Counted from the first letter of the stretch, positions 44,384 through 54,276 are shown. The stretch is 57,546 nt of DNA from an uncultured Candidatus Saccharibacteria bacterium (GCA_964648545.1 CAZYNZ010000001.1:1-57546), one strand, 5' to 3'. Made by a program: numbers and translations. The notes: generated by a model not told the origin, from the letters alone.

Positions 44384-46837
44384 GTGAAAAAATACATTGT
44401 TTTGTTTTTGGTTTTTTTGGTTAGTTTGGCACTCTTCCCGGGCTCGCAGATTTTTGCTCAGTCCGGTTCTGTTGTCTCCTTGGGAGAAGGAAGCATGGTG
44501 TTCCCCAATTCTGACGTAAAATTAATTGCTCAGGGAGAGGAAAATGTCTATGCTTTAGTGACCTACCAGGCTAAATCTTACCTTTTCTTTTCTCAGAATG
44601 AAGGTAAAACCTGGCAAAAAGTTTCTTCTCAAGGACTACCGCAGCAGGAAACATACATTTGCCTCAGGGTCGTAGCGGACCAGCCGGACGTTCTGGCATT
44701 AGCCACTCTTTTCGGCGTTTACCTTTCGCGCGATGCAGGAAACCGCTTTGAATATCTCGGCGGACCAACGAATCTGGCAGAGAGGGGAGAGCAGATTACC
44801 TCTTTGGATATTGTCCAAGGTGATCCTCCCCAAGTTCTTATCGGAGTCTGGCATCCCGCCAGGGGGAAGTTTCCTCTTGAGGGAGTTTACCTCTGGGGCA
44901 TGGCTGGCAAGCGTTCCTGGATAGAACAGGGCTTAAGAGCAAGCTGGCAGGGCAGGGGCTATAGTGCCGACGTAACGTCGGTTGCTTTCCTCGGAGACGC
45001 CATAATGGCCTTAGCCACCGGCGATCCGGATCGAGACGGTCCCTTAGCCGAAGGAACATATCTAAACTTCGGTTATCCCAGCGAGCAGGCCAATATCAGA
45101 GGCGGAGAGTGGAACTGGATACAGGGCTGGCCGGCAGAAATATCTTTGCAGGCCGGCAACTCACCCAAAGAAAGCGAAATCCTTAACTCCAAACTGGTTC
45201 TGCCCGCAAATCAGAGTCCGGACGATGAGAGAGACTGGAAGTTCTTCGTGGCCTATAACAGTCTGGACAAAAGCAAAGACGGTCTATACAAGGTGATTAT
45301 TGACGATGTCGTGGACCGACCCAAGATCCAAAAACTGCAACTTCCGACCTATCCCGTTCTGGCCAGTCTGGACAGTCTGGCCTATCTTGAGGGAACGCTG
45401 GCAGCAGGAGTGACCGTAAAGGAAGGCACCAAAGATAAGATTCTGGTTTATTACCTTCCCAAAGACAGCACTTCTGTCGATGAGGGTGACTGGCTGAAAA
45501 AAAGAATGGAAATCACTGATACCAACAGCTGCCAGGTGGTTCTCGGGGGAAAAGACCTTATCTACGTTGCTACCTCGGGGAAGAACAGTTCTTTCGCCCG
45601 GAGCAGCGAAGACTTCTTAATTCCGATTTCTCTTCTGGACATTCCCGGCAACATCAGGCAGGTTTCTCTGTCTCCCAGTTTTTCTACAGACGAGACCGTG
45701 TTCCTGGTCTACGGAGAGAGCATACTCAAAGTAAGACTGGAAACCGATTCTCAATCAAGAGAGGTAGAGAGACTTCCTCTTCCCCAAGGATTGAATCTTT
45801 CTCTGGTAAGAATGGAACCGAAATCATCTTCCTTACTTTTCCTCGTAGAGCCCAAGGCCGGGAGAGTCTGGTTCACCCAGAATCAGGGGTTCTCCTGGAA
45901 CCGCCGGGAAATACAGACGAGCGCAAACGATATCAGACTGAAGGGTAATATTATCTGGGCTGCCGGGACGGACAGTAAAATCTACAAGTCGGAAGACGCT
46001 GGCAAGACCTGGCAACCGGGAATCAGTTCGGGAATAAGATGGCTTTTAAGGCTGGAACCCGGCCCCCAGGATGAATTACTGGCCGCAGGAGGCACGAGCG
46101 AGGCTACGCTGTTCGATACCATTTCTCTGGCAGGTGGCTTTTACGCTTTACCGCTGTCAGGCAAGGACTTTGAGGCCGCCTTTTCTCCTGACGATTCCTC
46201 CGTCTATTGCACTACCCAGGGCCGTCTGTACAGGTTTCTCTTGGAGGAAGAGAGATGGGAGGAAATGGTCAACCTTCGGGGGACGATTGCTAAAATAACA
46301 GTTTCTTCCGGAGGCATCTACCTTTTCGCCAACTCCCAGGTCTACTTTTCCGCTTTTCCTCTGACTGTTAATTCTGGTTGGGAGACTCTGAATCCGGAGA
46401 CCAGGGCAAGGTGGCTGGGCTGTCAGCTCGCCGAAATAAGCGAGACGGAAAGTCTTCTTTTCTTCTGGGATTCTTCAAGAATAATTCCTTATTACCACGA
46501 GGTTCCAGAGGAAACGGAAGAAGAAATTATTCCCGAGCCCGTAAAGACCGAAGATCCTGTCCCGCCCAAACCCCCCGCGACCGAGCCCGTAAATCCTGAA
46601 CCGGCGAAAATTGAACCGGCAAAAGTTGAACCTGTGACGCCGGAGGCAGCCAATCCGGAAATTCCCAAATCCCAGCAACCAGCCTCGCAATTACTCCCGC
46701 CCAAGCCCCCACAGCTGGAACAAAAACAAGGATCTGCCGCTTTACTTGTCGTAGTTATCATCCTGTCTTTAGTCTTACTTTTTCTTCTCGCGGTTATAAT
46801 CGTCCCAAAATGGAGGACTTACCGCTATTACGCCTGA
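44384..46837 (+). CDS. secreted BNR/Asp-box beta-propeller protein with Pro-rich stalk and C-terminal TM anchor
   Basis: GTG start 7 nt after AGGAGG, followed by a signal peptide. The Asp-box-like motifs are SQNEGKTWQ, SRDAGNRF, SEDAGKTWQ and TQNQGFSW. The stalk reads PEPVKTEDPVPPKPPATEPVNPEPAKIEPAKVEP, then a hydrophobic helix and KWRTYRYYA. Confidence 0.7.
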   Translation: MKKYIVLFLVFLVSLALFPGSQIFAQSGSVVSLGEGSMVFPNSDVKLIAQGEENVYALVTYQAKSYLFFSQNEGKTWQKVSSQGLPQQETYICLRVVADQPDVLALATLFGVYLSRDAGNRFEYLGGPTNLAERGEQITSLDIVQGDPPQVLIGVWHPARGKFPLEGVYLWGMAGKRSWIEQGLRASWQGRGYSADVTSVAFLGDAIMALATGDPDRDGPLAEGTYLNFGYPSEQANIRGGEWNWIQGWPAEISLQAGNSPKESEILNSKLVLPANQSPDDERDWKFFVAYNSLDKSKDGLYKVIIDDVVDRPKIQKLQLPTYPVLASLDSLAYLEGTLAAGVTVKEGTKDKILVYYLPKDSTSVDEGDWLKKRMEITDTNSCQVVLGGKDLIYVATSGKNSSFARSSEDFLIPISLLDIPGNIRQVSLSPSFSTDETVFLVYGESILKVRLETDSQSREVERLPLPQGLNLSLVRMEPKSSSLLFLVEPKAGRVWFTQNQGFSWNRREIQTSANDIRLKGNIIWAAGTDSKIYKSEDAGKTWQPGISSGIRWLLRLEPGPQDELLAAGGTSEATLFDTISLAGGFYALPLSGKDFEAAFSPDDSSVYCTTQGRLYRFLLEEERWEEMVNLRGTIAKITVSSGGIYLFANSQVYFSAFPLTVNSGWETLNPETRARWLGCQLAEISETESLLFFWDSSRIIPYYHEVPEETEEEIIPEPVKTEDPVPPKPPATEPVNPEPAKIEPAKVEPVTPEAANPEIPKSQQPASQLLPPKPPQLEQKQGSAALLVVVIILSLVLLFLLAVIIVPKWRTYRYYA

Positions 46838-46850
46838 AGATAGGAATGAG

Positions 46851-46893
46851 GTGCCCGGTCGACGCAATTGTGTCTGCCGGGCACGCTTATTTT
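46851..46893 (+). terminator. terminator hairpin after the BNR gene
   Basis: GTGCCCGG...CCGGGCAC 8-bp stem followed by the T-rich GCTTATTTT. Confidence 0.55.
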
Positions 46894-46932
46894 AGATTTA
46901 TTAAAAGGAAAAAATTTGCTAAAATTAGGCAT

Positions 46933-48126
46933 ATGTTTGCCTTTCCCAAGATTGAAAAAGTCACCCGGGACGCCACCATAGTCCACTTTTTTTTATTGTT
47001 CGGCTATAAAATATTTTCTTTATATTTTCCTTTGTATCTGGTTTCGCGTAATTTCTCTCTGCCCGAGGTAGGGTACACGTACCTTTTAATTTATTTGCCA
47101 ATAGTTGTTTTTTCTCCTTTCGTCGGATTCCTTTCGCATAAAATAAATCCCGCGCTTTTGGCGAGCGTGGGAATTTCGGGTTACGGAATCTACGCCCTGG
47201 GAATGATTTTTGTTCAGAATCCCGTTCTCTTTTACCTCTGCCAGGTTCTGTTGGGGATTTCAGCAGCCTTGTTCTTCGTTGCCACGAGAGCCATTCTGAT
47301 GGGATCTTACCTTGAGAATCCCGACCGGGCTTTCGGCTGGTTTTATTCCGCTCCTTTTTATGCCGATGCCGTGGCTCCGGCCGTGGGAGCATTTTTTATC
47401 TGGCAGTTCGGCTTCGTCGGAGTTTTCGTTTTTAGCCTGATTTTGCAGTTCATTTGCGCCATTTTCTGCTATTCTACGTTGAAAAAACAGTCGGAACCAC
47501 TTCTTGACGGAGGGTTCAACCACAGGGATGCCAGGGAGAATTATTCAACAGTTTTAAGGATAATCAAAAGCGGCAGAGTCTTGCCCTTCGCCCTGGTTTC
47601 TCTGTCGGTTTTATTCTTGGCGGGATTTTACCGGGCGTTCTTCGTTCTGTTTTTGAAGGATGAACTTTTTTGGTCTCAGGGCTTGATTCTGGTTTTCATT
47701 TCCTTGGTTTCTGTTTTATTTTTGCCTCTTTCTCTTTTTCTTATCAGGCAGTTGGGGAGAAGCAGCAGTGAAAGGAATATTGTCCGGGGAGGACTGGTCA
47801 GCGGAGGGCTTTCCGTCTTATTCGGAGCGATGCTGCCCGCTCTCAATTTTCTGATGGTTTTATTGATCGATCTGGGAAGACTCGTCAGCTCTTTGATCTG
47901 CAATGCCGGTCGTTCGGGTCTTATTTCGCGCAGCCTCAAGGAGAAGCCCGAAGAAGCGGGCGCTATAGATACGGTTTTCGCTCCTTTGGGAGTGGCCTTA
48001 GGCGCCTTTGTTTCCGGGCTGATAATCGTGCCCCTGGGTTACGGTTTTCTTTTTATCCTGGGAGGGGTTCTTATTTGCCTTATTTCTCTCTCGGTCAGAT
48101 TTGTCAAAAAGGAAAATTTAATGTAA
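46933..48126 (+). CDS. MFS-type transporter
   Basis: The start was trimmed to ATG 46933, downstream of the terminator. It is about 12 hydrophobic helices throughout, with no ATPase motif. Confidence 0.6.
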   Translation: MFAFPKIEKVTRDATIVHFFLLFGYKIFSLYFPLYLVSRNFSLPEVGYTYLLIYLPIVVFSPFVGFLSHKINPALLASVGISGYGIYALGMIFVQNPVLFYLCQVLLGISAALFFVATRAILMGSYLENPDRAFGWFYSAPFYADAVAPAVGAFFIWQFGFVGVFVFSLILQFICAIFCYSTLKKQSEPLLDGGFNHRDARENYSTVLRIIKSGRVLPFALVSLSVLFLAGFYRAFFVLFLKDELFWSQGLILVFISLVSVLFLPLSLFLIRQLGRSSSERNIVRGGLVSGGLSVLFGAMLPALNFLMVLLIDLGRLVSSLICNAGRSGLISRSLKEKPEEAGAIDTVFAPLGVALGAFVSGLIIVPLGYGFLFILGGVLICLISLSVRFVKKENLM

Positions 48127-48141
48127 AATTAAAAAACTTAC

Positions 48142-49143
48142 ATGAGAAAAATTGGCATTGATTTGGGAACTTGTAATTCTTTGGTCTTCATACCGAAAAA
48201 AGGGGTGGTTTTGCAGGAACCGTCGGTTGTGGCAGTGGCCCTGGAAGAAAACAGGATTTTGGCGGTCGGAGAGGCGGCGAAAGAAATGACCGGCAGGACC
48301 CCGGACACCATACGGGTTTACAGGCCTTTAAAAGACGGGGTTATTGCCGATTTCCGGGTGACCCAGGCCATGCTGAAGTATTTTATCGACAAGGTTTCAG
48401 GTTTTTGGAAGTTTTTAAAACCGGAGATGATGATAGGAGTGCCGGCCGGAATCACCTCGACCGAAAGAAGGGCGGTGGTAGAAGCGGCCATCAATGCTGG
48501 AGCAAAACAGGCTTATCTGGCCAAAGAACCCATTCTGGCTGCAATAGGAGCCGGGATTCCGATTAATTCTTGTTCGGGAAACATGATCGTTGACATCGGC
48601 GGAGGAACGTCCGAGGTGGCGGTAATCTCGCTCGGCGGCATCGTAAGCTGCCAGTCTTTGAGAACTGCCGGAGATAAGCTGGATGTGGCCATTTCCGATT
48701 ACATCAAGAAAAAGTATAACCTGGCGGTAGGAGAACAGACTGCGGAAGAAATAAAAATAAAGATCGGCACCGCTCTGCCCGAGAGAGAAGAGAAGAAAAT
48801 AGAAATACGCGGCAGGGATCTGATTTCCGGGCTTCCAAGAACCATTAAAATATCGTCCAACGAAACAGCAGAGGCCTTTTCCGAGATATTGTCTGAAATC
48901 ATCCACGTCGTAAAACAGGTCTTGAGAGAAACGCCTCCCGAACTGTCAGCCGACATCATCGATAAAGGCATGATAGTCTCCGGAGGAGGGGCTTTGCTGA
49001 AGAATATTGCCGAAATAATTTCCCAGGAAACCGGAGTCCCTTGTTTTTTGGCAGAAGATCCTCTGCTCTGCGTGGCCAAAGGAACGGGAGTGGTTCTCGA
49101 AAATTTGGAAGTTTATAAAAAAAGCATAATGTCGAAGAGGTAA
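48142..49143 (+). CDS. mreB: rod shape-determining actin homolog MreB (paralog 1)
   Basis: It has IGIDLGTCNS, PLKDGVIADF, EPILAAIGAG, DIGGGTSEVAVISLGG and VSGGGALLKN. Confidence 0.9.
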   Translation: MRKIGIDLGTCNSLVFIPKKGVVLQEPSVVAVALEENRILAVGEAAKEMTGRTPDTIRVYRPLKDGVIADFRVTQAMLKYFIDKVSGFWKFLKPEMMIGVPAGITSTERRAVVEAAINAGAKQAYLAKEPILAAIGAGIPINSCSGNMIVDIGGGTSEVAVISLGGIVSCQSLRTAGDKLDVAISDYIKKKYNLAVGEQTAEEIKIKIGTALPEREEKKIEIRGRDLISGLPRTIKISSNETAEAFSEILSEIIHVVKQVLRETPPELSADIIDKGMIVSGGGALLKNIAEIISQETGVPCFLAEDPLLCVAKGTGVVLENLEVYKKSIMSKR

Positions 49144-49146
49144 ATC

Positions 49147-50028
49147 ATGCTATTGGGCCATCAGAAACAATGGAACTTTCTAAAAAAAATAGCGGAGCAG
49201 GGTTCCTTGCCTCACGCTTATTTGTTTTGCGGCCAGGAGAAACTGGGCAAAAGAAAAATAGCCCTGGACTTAGCCTCACTCATCTTAAAAAAAGACATTG
49301 AAAAAGGTTCTCATCCGGATTTAATCTTGATTGAGCCTGAAGCCAAAGAAATTCAGATAGGCCAGATAAGAGATTTAATCTGGAAATTGTCTTTGAAGCC
49401 TTATTCGGCTCCGATAATCGTGGCAATAATAGACCAGGCCCATCTTATGAATCAGGAAGCTCAGACCTGCCTTTTAAAAACACTGGAAGAGCCCAAGGGA
49501 GAAGCCCTTTTAATTTTGGTTACCGACAAAGTCCAGTATCTTCTTCCCACCATTATTTCCAGGGTTCAGACAATGAAATTTTATTCGGTCGGGGAAAATG
49601 AAATCAGCAATTATCTCAAGGGGCAGGGGATGAGTGAAAGGGATGCCGAGAAAATTTGCAAGGTTTCCCTTGGTCGTCCGGGAGTGGCGGTTGAGTTGGT
49701 TTCCGACGCTGGCAAATTGAAATCTTTCCAAAAAAAGATCGATGAGCTCGAGGAAATTTCAAAATCTGCGCTGGCTGCGCGTTTCCAGTATGCCAAAGAC
49801 TTGTCCGAGGACCCGAAAGAAATAACGGACACTCTGTACACTTGGATGTCTTATTTCAGAGAAAAAATGCTTGAGGCGGTAAGGGGCGGGAAGGTGAAAG
49901 GCGAACAAAAATATTCTCTGAAAAAGATGGGAAGCATCCTGAGATCTTTGCAGTCGATAAGCTTTTTAATTTCTACAACCAACGTTAATTCAAAGCTGGC
50001 GATTGAAAATTTTATGCTCGAATTGTAA
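49147..50028 (+). CDS. holB: DNA polymerase III delta' subunit
   Basis: It has LPHAYLFCGQEKLGKRKIA and NQEAQTCLLKTLEEP. Confidence 0.8.
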   Translation: MLLGHQKQWNFLKKIAEQGSLPHAYLFCGQEKLGKRKIALDLASLILKKDIEKGSHPDLILIEPEAKEIQIGQIRDLIWKLSLKPYSAPIIVAIIDQAHLMNQEAQTCLLKTLEEPKGEALLILVTDKVQYLLPTIISRVQTMKFYSVGENEISNYLKGQGMSERDAEKICKVSLGRPGVAVELVSDAGKLKSFQKKIDELEEISKSALAARFQYAKDLSEDPKEITDTLYTWMSYFREKMLEAVRGGKVKGEQKYSLKKMGSILRSLQSISFLISTTNVNSKLAIENFMLEL

Positions 50029-50033
50029 TAATC

Positions 50034-50588
50034 ATGCATCAAGAAATCATAGATAAAATCAAACCGGAGCTGGAAAAGGTGCTTAATTATCTGGAAAGGG
50101 AATTGTCTAAAATCCGTACAAGCAGGGCCACTCCTTCCTTGGTTGAGGACGTGGTGGTTGACTGTTTCGGACAGAAATTTCCTTTGAAGCAGCTGGCGGC
50201 AATTTCCACGCCCGAGGCGAAGCAAATCCTGATTCAGCCCTGGGACAAATCCTACATCGAAGGAATCGTTTCGGCTCTGACGAAAACCGGAGTGGGAGCC
50301 TCCCCGGTGGTGGACAAAGACGTGATCCGCATAATCCTTCCTCCTATGAGCGAAGAATACCGCAAGAGTCTGTTAAAATTAATCTCGGAAAAGCAAGAAG
50401 AAGCCAGAAAAACGGTCAGGAAGTGGCGGGAGGAGGCATGGGAAGATATCCAGGAGGCCACCAAAGGGGGGAAAGTCAGGGAGGATGACAAGTTCCGGGC
50501 GAAGGAGGAACTCCAGGATCTGGTTGAAGAATACAATAATAAGATTGAAGAGTCGGGAGAAGCGAAGAAAAAAGAAGTATCAGAATAA
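50034..50588 (+). CDS. frr: ribosome recycling factor
   Basis: 184 aa with LSKIRTSRATPSLVEDV, QPWDKS and LPPMSEEYRKSL. Confidence 0.95.
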   Translation: MHQEIIDKIKPELEKVLNYLERELSKIRTSRATPSLVEDVVVDCFGQKFPLKQLAAISTPEAKQILIQPWDKSYIEGIVSALTKTGVGASPVVDKDVIRIILPPMSEEYRKSLLKLISEKQEEARKTVRKWREEAWEDIQEATKGGKVREDDKFRAKEELQDLVEEYNNKIEESGEAKKKEVSE

Positions 50589-50597
50589 AGTTTTTTT

Positions 50598-51668
50598 ATG
50601 TTCTCGTCAATTTTAATTGCAGTAATAAGCATAATCGTTTTATTGAGCCTTCATGAATTCGGGCACTTTATCGTTGCCAAGAAATGCGGCTTCAGGGTGG
50701 AGGAATTCGGCATAGGCTATCCTCCGAGATTGTGGGGAAAGAAATACGGAGATACGCTCTATTCCATAAACCTCATACCCTTCGGCGCCCATGTCAGGAT
50801 TCCGGAAGCCGAGGGCGAAGAGGCGAAATATAAACCCAGGTGGAAGAGGATGCTCGTGCTGCTGGGAGGGGTTGTGTCTTTTTGGATAATAGCCTTTGTT
50901 TTATTGACGGCGGTGTTTAAAATGGGCGCATCTCAAGCGGTTTCTGACACGGAGCCCGGGACCCTGGTTGATCCAAAAGTGCAGATTATGGCGGTTCTTC
51001 CCGCCTCACCCGCAGGCGAGGCCGGGTTGAGATCCGGAGATACGATAAAAGAATTTCTGGTTGACGAGTCACTGTTTTCAATCGATAAAATCAAGGAAAT
51101 TCAGGATTTGACGGAGCAATACAAGGGCCGGGAAGTGAATTTGACGATTGAAAGAGGAAAGGAGGTTTTTACGGTTTCTTTGGTGCCCAGAGCGTCTCAT
51201 CCCGAAGACGAAGGCCCCATGGGAGTGGCGCTGGTAAGGACTGCGCAAAAATCTTATTCCTGGTGGCAGGCTCCAGTAAAGGGGGCGGAGGCGACATGGA
51301 ATCTGACTTACGGCGTAGTTGCGGGATGGGGCAGTATCATCACAGGATTATTTCAGGGAAAGGGCTTGCCCAAAGGCGTTCAGTTCGTGGGGCCCATAGG
51401 CATCGGAGCCTTGATTACTCAGGCGGCCCAGGTTGGAATAAATTATTTTCTTCAGTTCATCGCCATGATTTCCATTTATCTTGCCGTCTTCAATTTGCTG
51501 CCCATTCCCGCTCTGGACGGTGGAAAGCTTCTGTTCTTGGCGATTGAAAAAATCAAAGGAAGAGCGCTCAACCAGAAGATAGAGGAGAATGTTACCGCCG
51601 CTTTCTTCGTCCTGCTGATTGTTTTGATGATTTGGGTTACGATAAAAGATATAGCGCGTTTGTTTTAA
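50598..51668 (+). CDS. rseP: RIP metalloprotease RseP (M50 with PDZ domain)
   Basis: It has HEFGHFIVAK, the PDZ segment PASPAGEAGLRSGDTI, and NLLPIPALDGG. Confidence 0.9.
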   Translation: MFSSILIAVISIIVLLSLHEFGHFIVAKKCGFRVEEFGIGYPPRLWGKKYGDTLYSINLIPFGAHVRIPEAEGEEAKYKPRWKRMLVLLGGVVSFWIIAFVLLTAVFKMGASQAVSDTEPGTLVDPKVQIMAVLPASPAGEAGLRSGDTIKEFLVDESLFSIDKIKEIQDLTEQYKGREVNLTIERGKEVFTVSLVPRASHPEDEGPMGVALVRTAQKSYSWWQAPVKGAEATWNLTYGVVAGWGSIITGLFQGKGLPKGVQFVGPIGIGALITQAAQVGINYFLQFIAMISIYLAVFNLLPIPALDGGKLLFLAIEKIKGRALNQKIEENVTAAFFVLLIVLMIWVTIKDIARLF

Positions 51669-51669
51669 C

Positions 51670-52902
51670 ATGCTGCAATCTCAACTTTTTTGCAAAACTA
51701 AAAAAACCGCTCCCAAGGACGCTGAAATAATCAGCCACAAGTATTTGGTCAGAGGCGATTTTATCGAACAGTCTTTCAGCGGCATCTACAGGCTGCTGCC
51801 TTTGGGTTTCAACGTCTTCAAAAAGATAGAAGACATTATCCGTAAAGAAATGTTGAAACTGGGAGCCCAGGAAATACTTTTGCCGGTTTTGCAGAATAAA
51901 AGCCTCTGGCTGGAAACCGACCGCTGGCAGACTATTGATCCTCCTTTGTTTAAATTGAAAGACCGCCATCAGAAAGAAACTGCCCTCGGTCCCACGCACG
52001 AGGAGGAAATTACCGACGTTTTCCGCAAAAGAATAAAATCCTACCAGGATTTGCCCATTTATCTGTTCCAGATTCAGAATAAATTCAGAAACGAGATGCG
52101 TCCGACCAACGGACTTTTGAGGACGAGAGAATTTTTTATGAAAGATCTTTACAGTTTTAACATGGGAGAATCCGATTTGGCAAAATTTTATGATAAAGTC
52201 AAGGCGGCTTATTTCAGGATATTCGAGAGATGCGGCTTAAATCCGATCTGCGTTGAGGCGAGTTCCGGAACCATCGGGGGCGAGTTTTCCCATGAATTCA
52301 TGGTGGTTTCTCCGACCGGAGAAGACAAAATCGTAATCTGCAAGAAGTGCAGGACCGCTTCGAACGTTGAAAAAACGGGGGAAATTAAAAAATGTTCCAA
52401 GTGCAAGAGCGAGCTGGAGCAGAAGAGCTGTATTGAAATCGGCCACATATTCAATTTGGGAACGAAATACAGCAAAAAAATGAGCGCTTTTTATCTGGAC
52501 AAAGACGGCAAATCGAAACCCGTGGTCATGGGATGCTACGGCATAGGCCTTCAAAGGCTGATGGCGGCCATCGTGGAATTGAATCATGACGAAAAAGGGA
52601 TCGTTTGGCCGAGAGAAGTCGCCCCTTTCGCGGTTCATTTGATTTCCGTGGAAAATACGGCAAAAATAAAAAAGGCGGCAGAGAATTTGTACGAGGATTT
52701 GTTGAAAGAGGGAATAGGGGTGTTGTATGACGATAGAACTAAGTCTCCCGGCGAGAAATTCGTTGAGGCGGACCTGATCGGCATTCCTCTAAGACTGGTT
52801 GTCAGTGAGAGGACCCTGAAAGAGAACTGCGCCGAGATGAAAAAACGGAACGAGGAAAAAACGAAATTGATAAAAATAAAAGATGTAAAAAGGAATATTT
52901 AA
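51670..52902 (+). CDS. proS: proline--tRNA ligase, bacterial type without INS editing domain, with small zinc-ribbon insert
   Basis: 410 aa. It has class II motifs (LGPTHEEEIT, FRNEMRPTNGLLRTREFFMKD, GCYGIGLQRL). CKKC...CSKC occupies the place of the about 180-aa INS domain. Confidence 0.88.
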   Translation: MLQSQLFCKTKKTAPKDAEIISHKYLVRGDFIEQSFSGIYRLLPLGFNVFKKIEDIIRKEMLKLGAQEILLPVLQNKSLWLETDRWQTIDPPLFKLKDRHQKETALGPTHEEEITDVFRKRIKSYQDLPIYLFQIQNKFRNEMRPTNGLLRTREFFMKDLYSFNMGESDLAKFYDKVKAAYFRIFERCGLNPICVEASSGTIGGEFSHEFMVVSPTGEDKIVICKKCRTASNVEKTGEIKKCSKCKSELEQKSCIEIGHIFNLGTKYSKKMSAFYLDKDGKSKPVVMGCYGIGLQRLMAAIVELNHDEKGIVWPREVAPFAVHLISVENTAKIKKAAENLYEDLLKEGIGVLYDDRTKSPGEKFVEADLIGIPLRLVVSERTLKENCAEMKKRNEEKTKLIKIKDVKRNI

Positions 52903-52922
52903 TGAATTTATGATTTATTTCA

Positions 52923-53975
52923 ATGTTTGATAAACTGCTTTCTTACATTTCAGAAGACATCGCCATAGACCTGGGTACGGCCAATTCCCTGGTTTATGTC
53001 CGGGGCAGGGGAATCGTGATCACCGAGCCTTCTGTCGTGGCGGTCAATAAAAAAACTGGCCAGGTCTTGGCCATCGGAGAAGAGGCAAAAAAGATGGTCG
53101 GTCGGACTCCCGGCTACATCGTAGCCACGAGACCTCTGGTCTCTGGAGTTGTTTCCGATTTTGAAATTACGGAACAAATGCTCAGATTTTTTATTGAAAA
53201 GGCCCATAAGAAAAGGTTTCTTTTGAATCCCAGGCCGCGGGTCATAGTCGGCATTCCCTGCGGAGTAACCGAGGTGGAGAAGAAAGCAGTGCGCGATGCC
53301 TCCAGAAACGCCGGAGCCAGGGAAGTTTTTTTGATAGAAGAGCCTATGGCCGCAGCCATCGGCGCGCGGCTGCCCGTTCAGGAAGCAGGAGGCAATTTTA
53401 TTATTGACATCGGCGGCGGAACGACCGAGGTGGCCGTGATTTCCTTGGGCGGCATAGTTCTGGCGAAAAGCCTGAGAGTGGCAGGAGACAAGCTTAATGA
53501 GGACATAATCCAATTCGCCCAGGAAGAATACAAACTATTGATCGGCGAGCGGACGGCCGAGACGATTAAAATCAGCATAGGTTCCGCTTATCCTCTTAAA
53601 GAAAGAAGGCAGGTGCCGATGAGGGGCAGAAACATTGTGACCGGTCTGCCGGAGGAAATTTTAGTGTCGGACGAAGATATAAGAAGAGCGCTGGATAAAT
53701 CGGTAAAGCAAATAGTCACCGAGGTGAAAACGGCGGTAGAGGAAACTCCTCCAGAACTGCTGGCTGACATTATGGCTTCCGGAATTTATCTGGTTGGCGG
53801 AGGATCGCTCTTGAAGGGCTTAAATACTTTAATTCAGAAAGAAACGAAAATTCCGACCAAAATTATCGAAGACCCCATGACTGCCATGGTCAGGGGGGCA
53901 GGCATGGTCCTCGAAAATCTGGACCAACTGCATGAAGTTTTAGTGGAGACGGAGGAACTAGAACCGCCAAGATAA
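52923..53975 (+). CDS. mreB: rod shape-determining actin homolog MreB (paralog 2)
   Basis: It has IAIDLGTANS, PLVSGVVSDF, EPMAAAIGA, DIGGGTTEVAVISLGG and LVGGGSLLKG. Confidence 0.92.
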   Translation: MFDKLLSYISEDIAIDLGTANSLVYVRGRGIVITEPSVVAVNKKTGQVLAIGEEAKKMVGRTPGYIVATRPLVSGVVSDFEITEQMLRFFIEKAHKKRFLLNPRPRVIVGIPCGVTEVEKKAVRDASRNAGAREVFLIEEPMAAAIGARLPVQEAGGNFIIDIGGGTTEVAVISLGGIVLAKSLRVAGDKLNEDIIQFAQEEYKLLIGERTAETIKISIGSAYPLKERRQVPMRGRNIVTGLPEEILVSDEDIRRALDKSVKQIVTEVKTAVEETPPELLADIMASGIYLVGGGSLLKGLNTLIQKETKIPTKIIEDPMTAMVRGAGMVLENLDQLHEVLVETEELEPPR

Positions 53976-53979
53976 ACTC

Positions 53980-54276
53980 ATGTTGAACAAAGAAGAGGTA
54001 AAACATATCGCCAAATTGGCGAGATTAGGATTGTCGGAAAAAGAAATTGAGAAATATCAGAAAGAACTTTCTTCTATTTTGGATTACATTGAGAAATTGA
54101 AAGAAGTGGATGTTTCCAGCGTGGAACCGACCAGCCATCCCTTGAAAGTTGAAAACGTTATGAGGCTGGACGAGGAAAGGGTGAAAGCGGGAAGCGTGAA
54201 TCCCGAGAACCTGGCGGAAATGGCGCCCGATAAAAAGGAAGGGTATGTCAAAGTAAAACAAATTTTAAATCAATGA
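53980..54276 (+). CDS. gatC: Asp/Glu-tRNA(Asn/Gln) amidotransferase subunit C
   Basis: 98 aa with VKHIAKLARLGLSEKEIEKYQKELSSILDYIEKL. Confidence 0.92.
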   Translation: MLNKEEVKHIAKLARLGLSEKEIEKYQKELSSILDYIEKLKEVDVSSVEPTSHPLKVENVMRLDEERVKAGSVNPENLAEMAPDKKEGYVKVKQILNQ

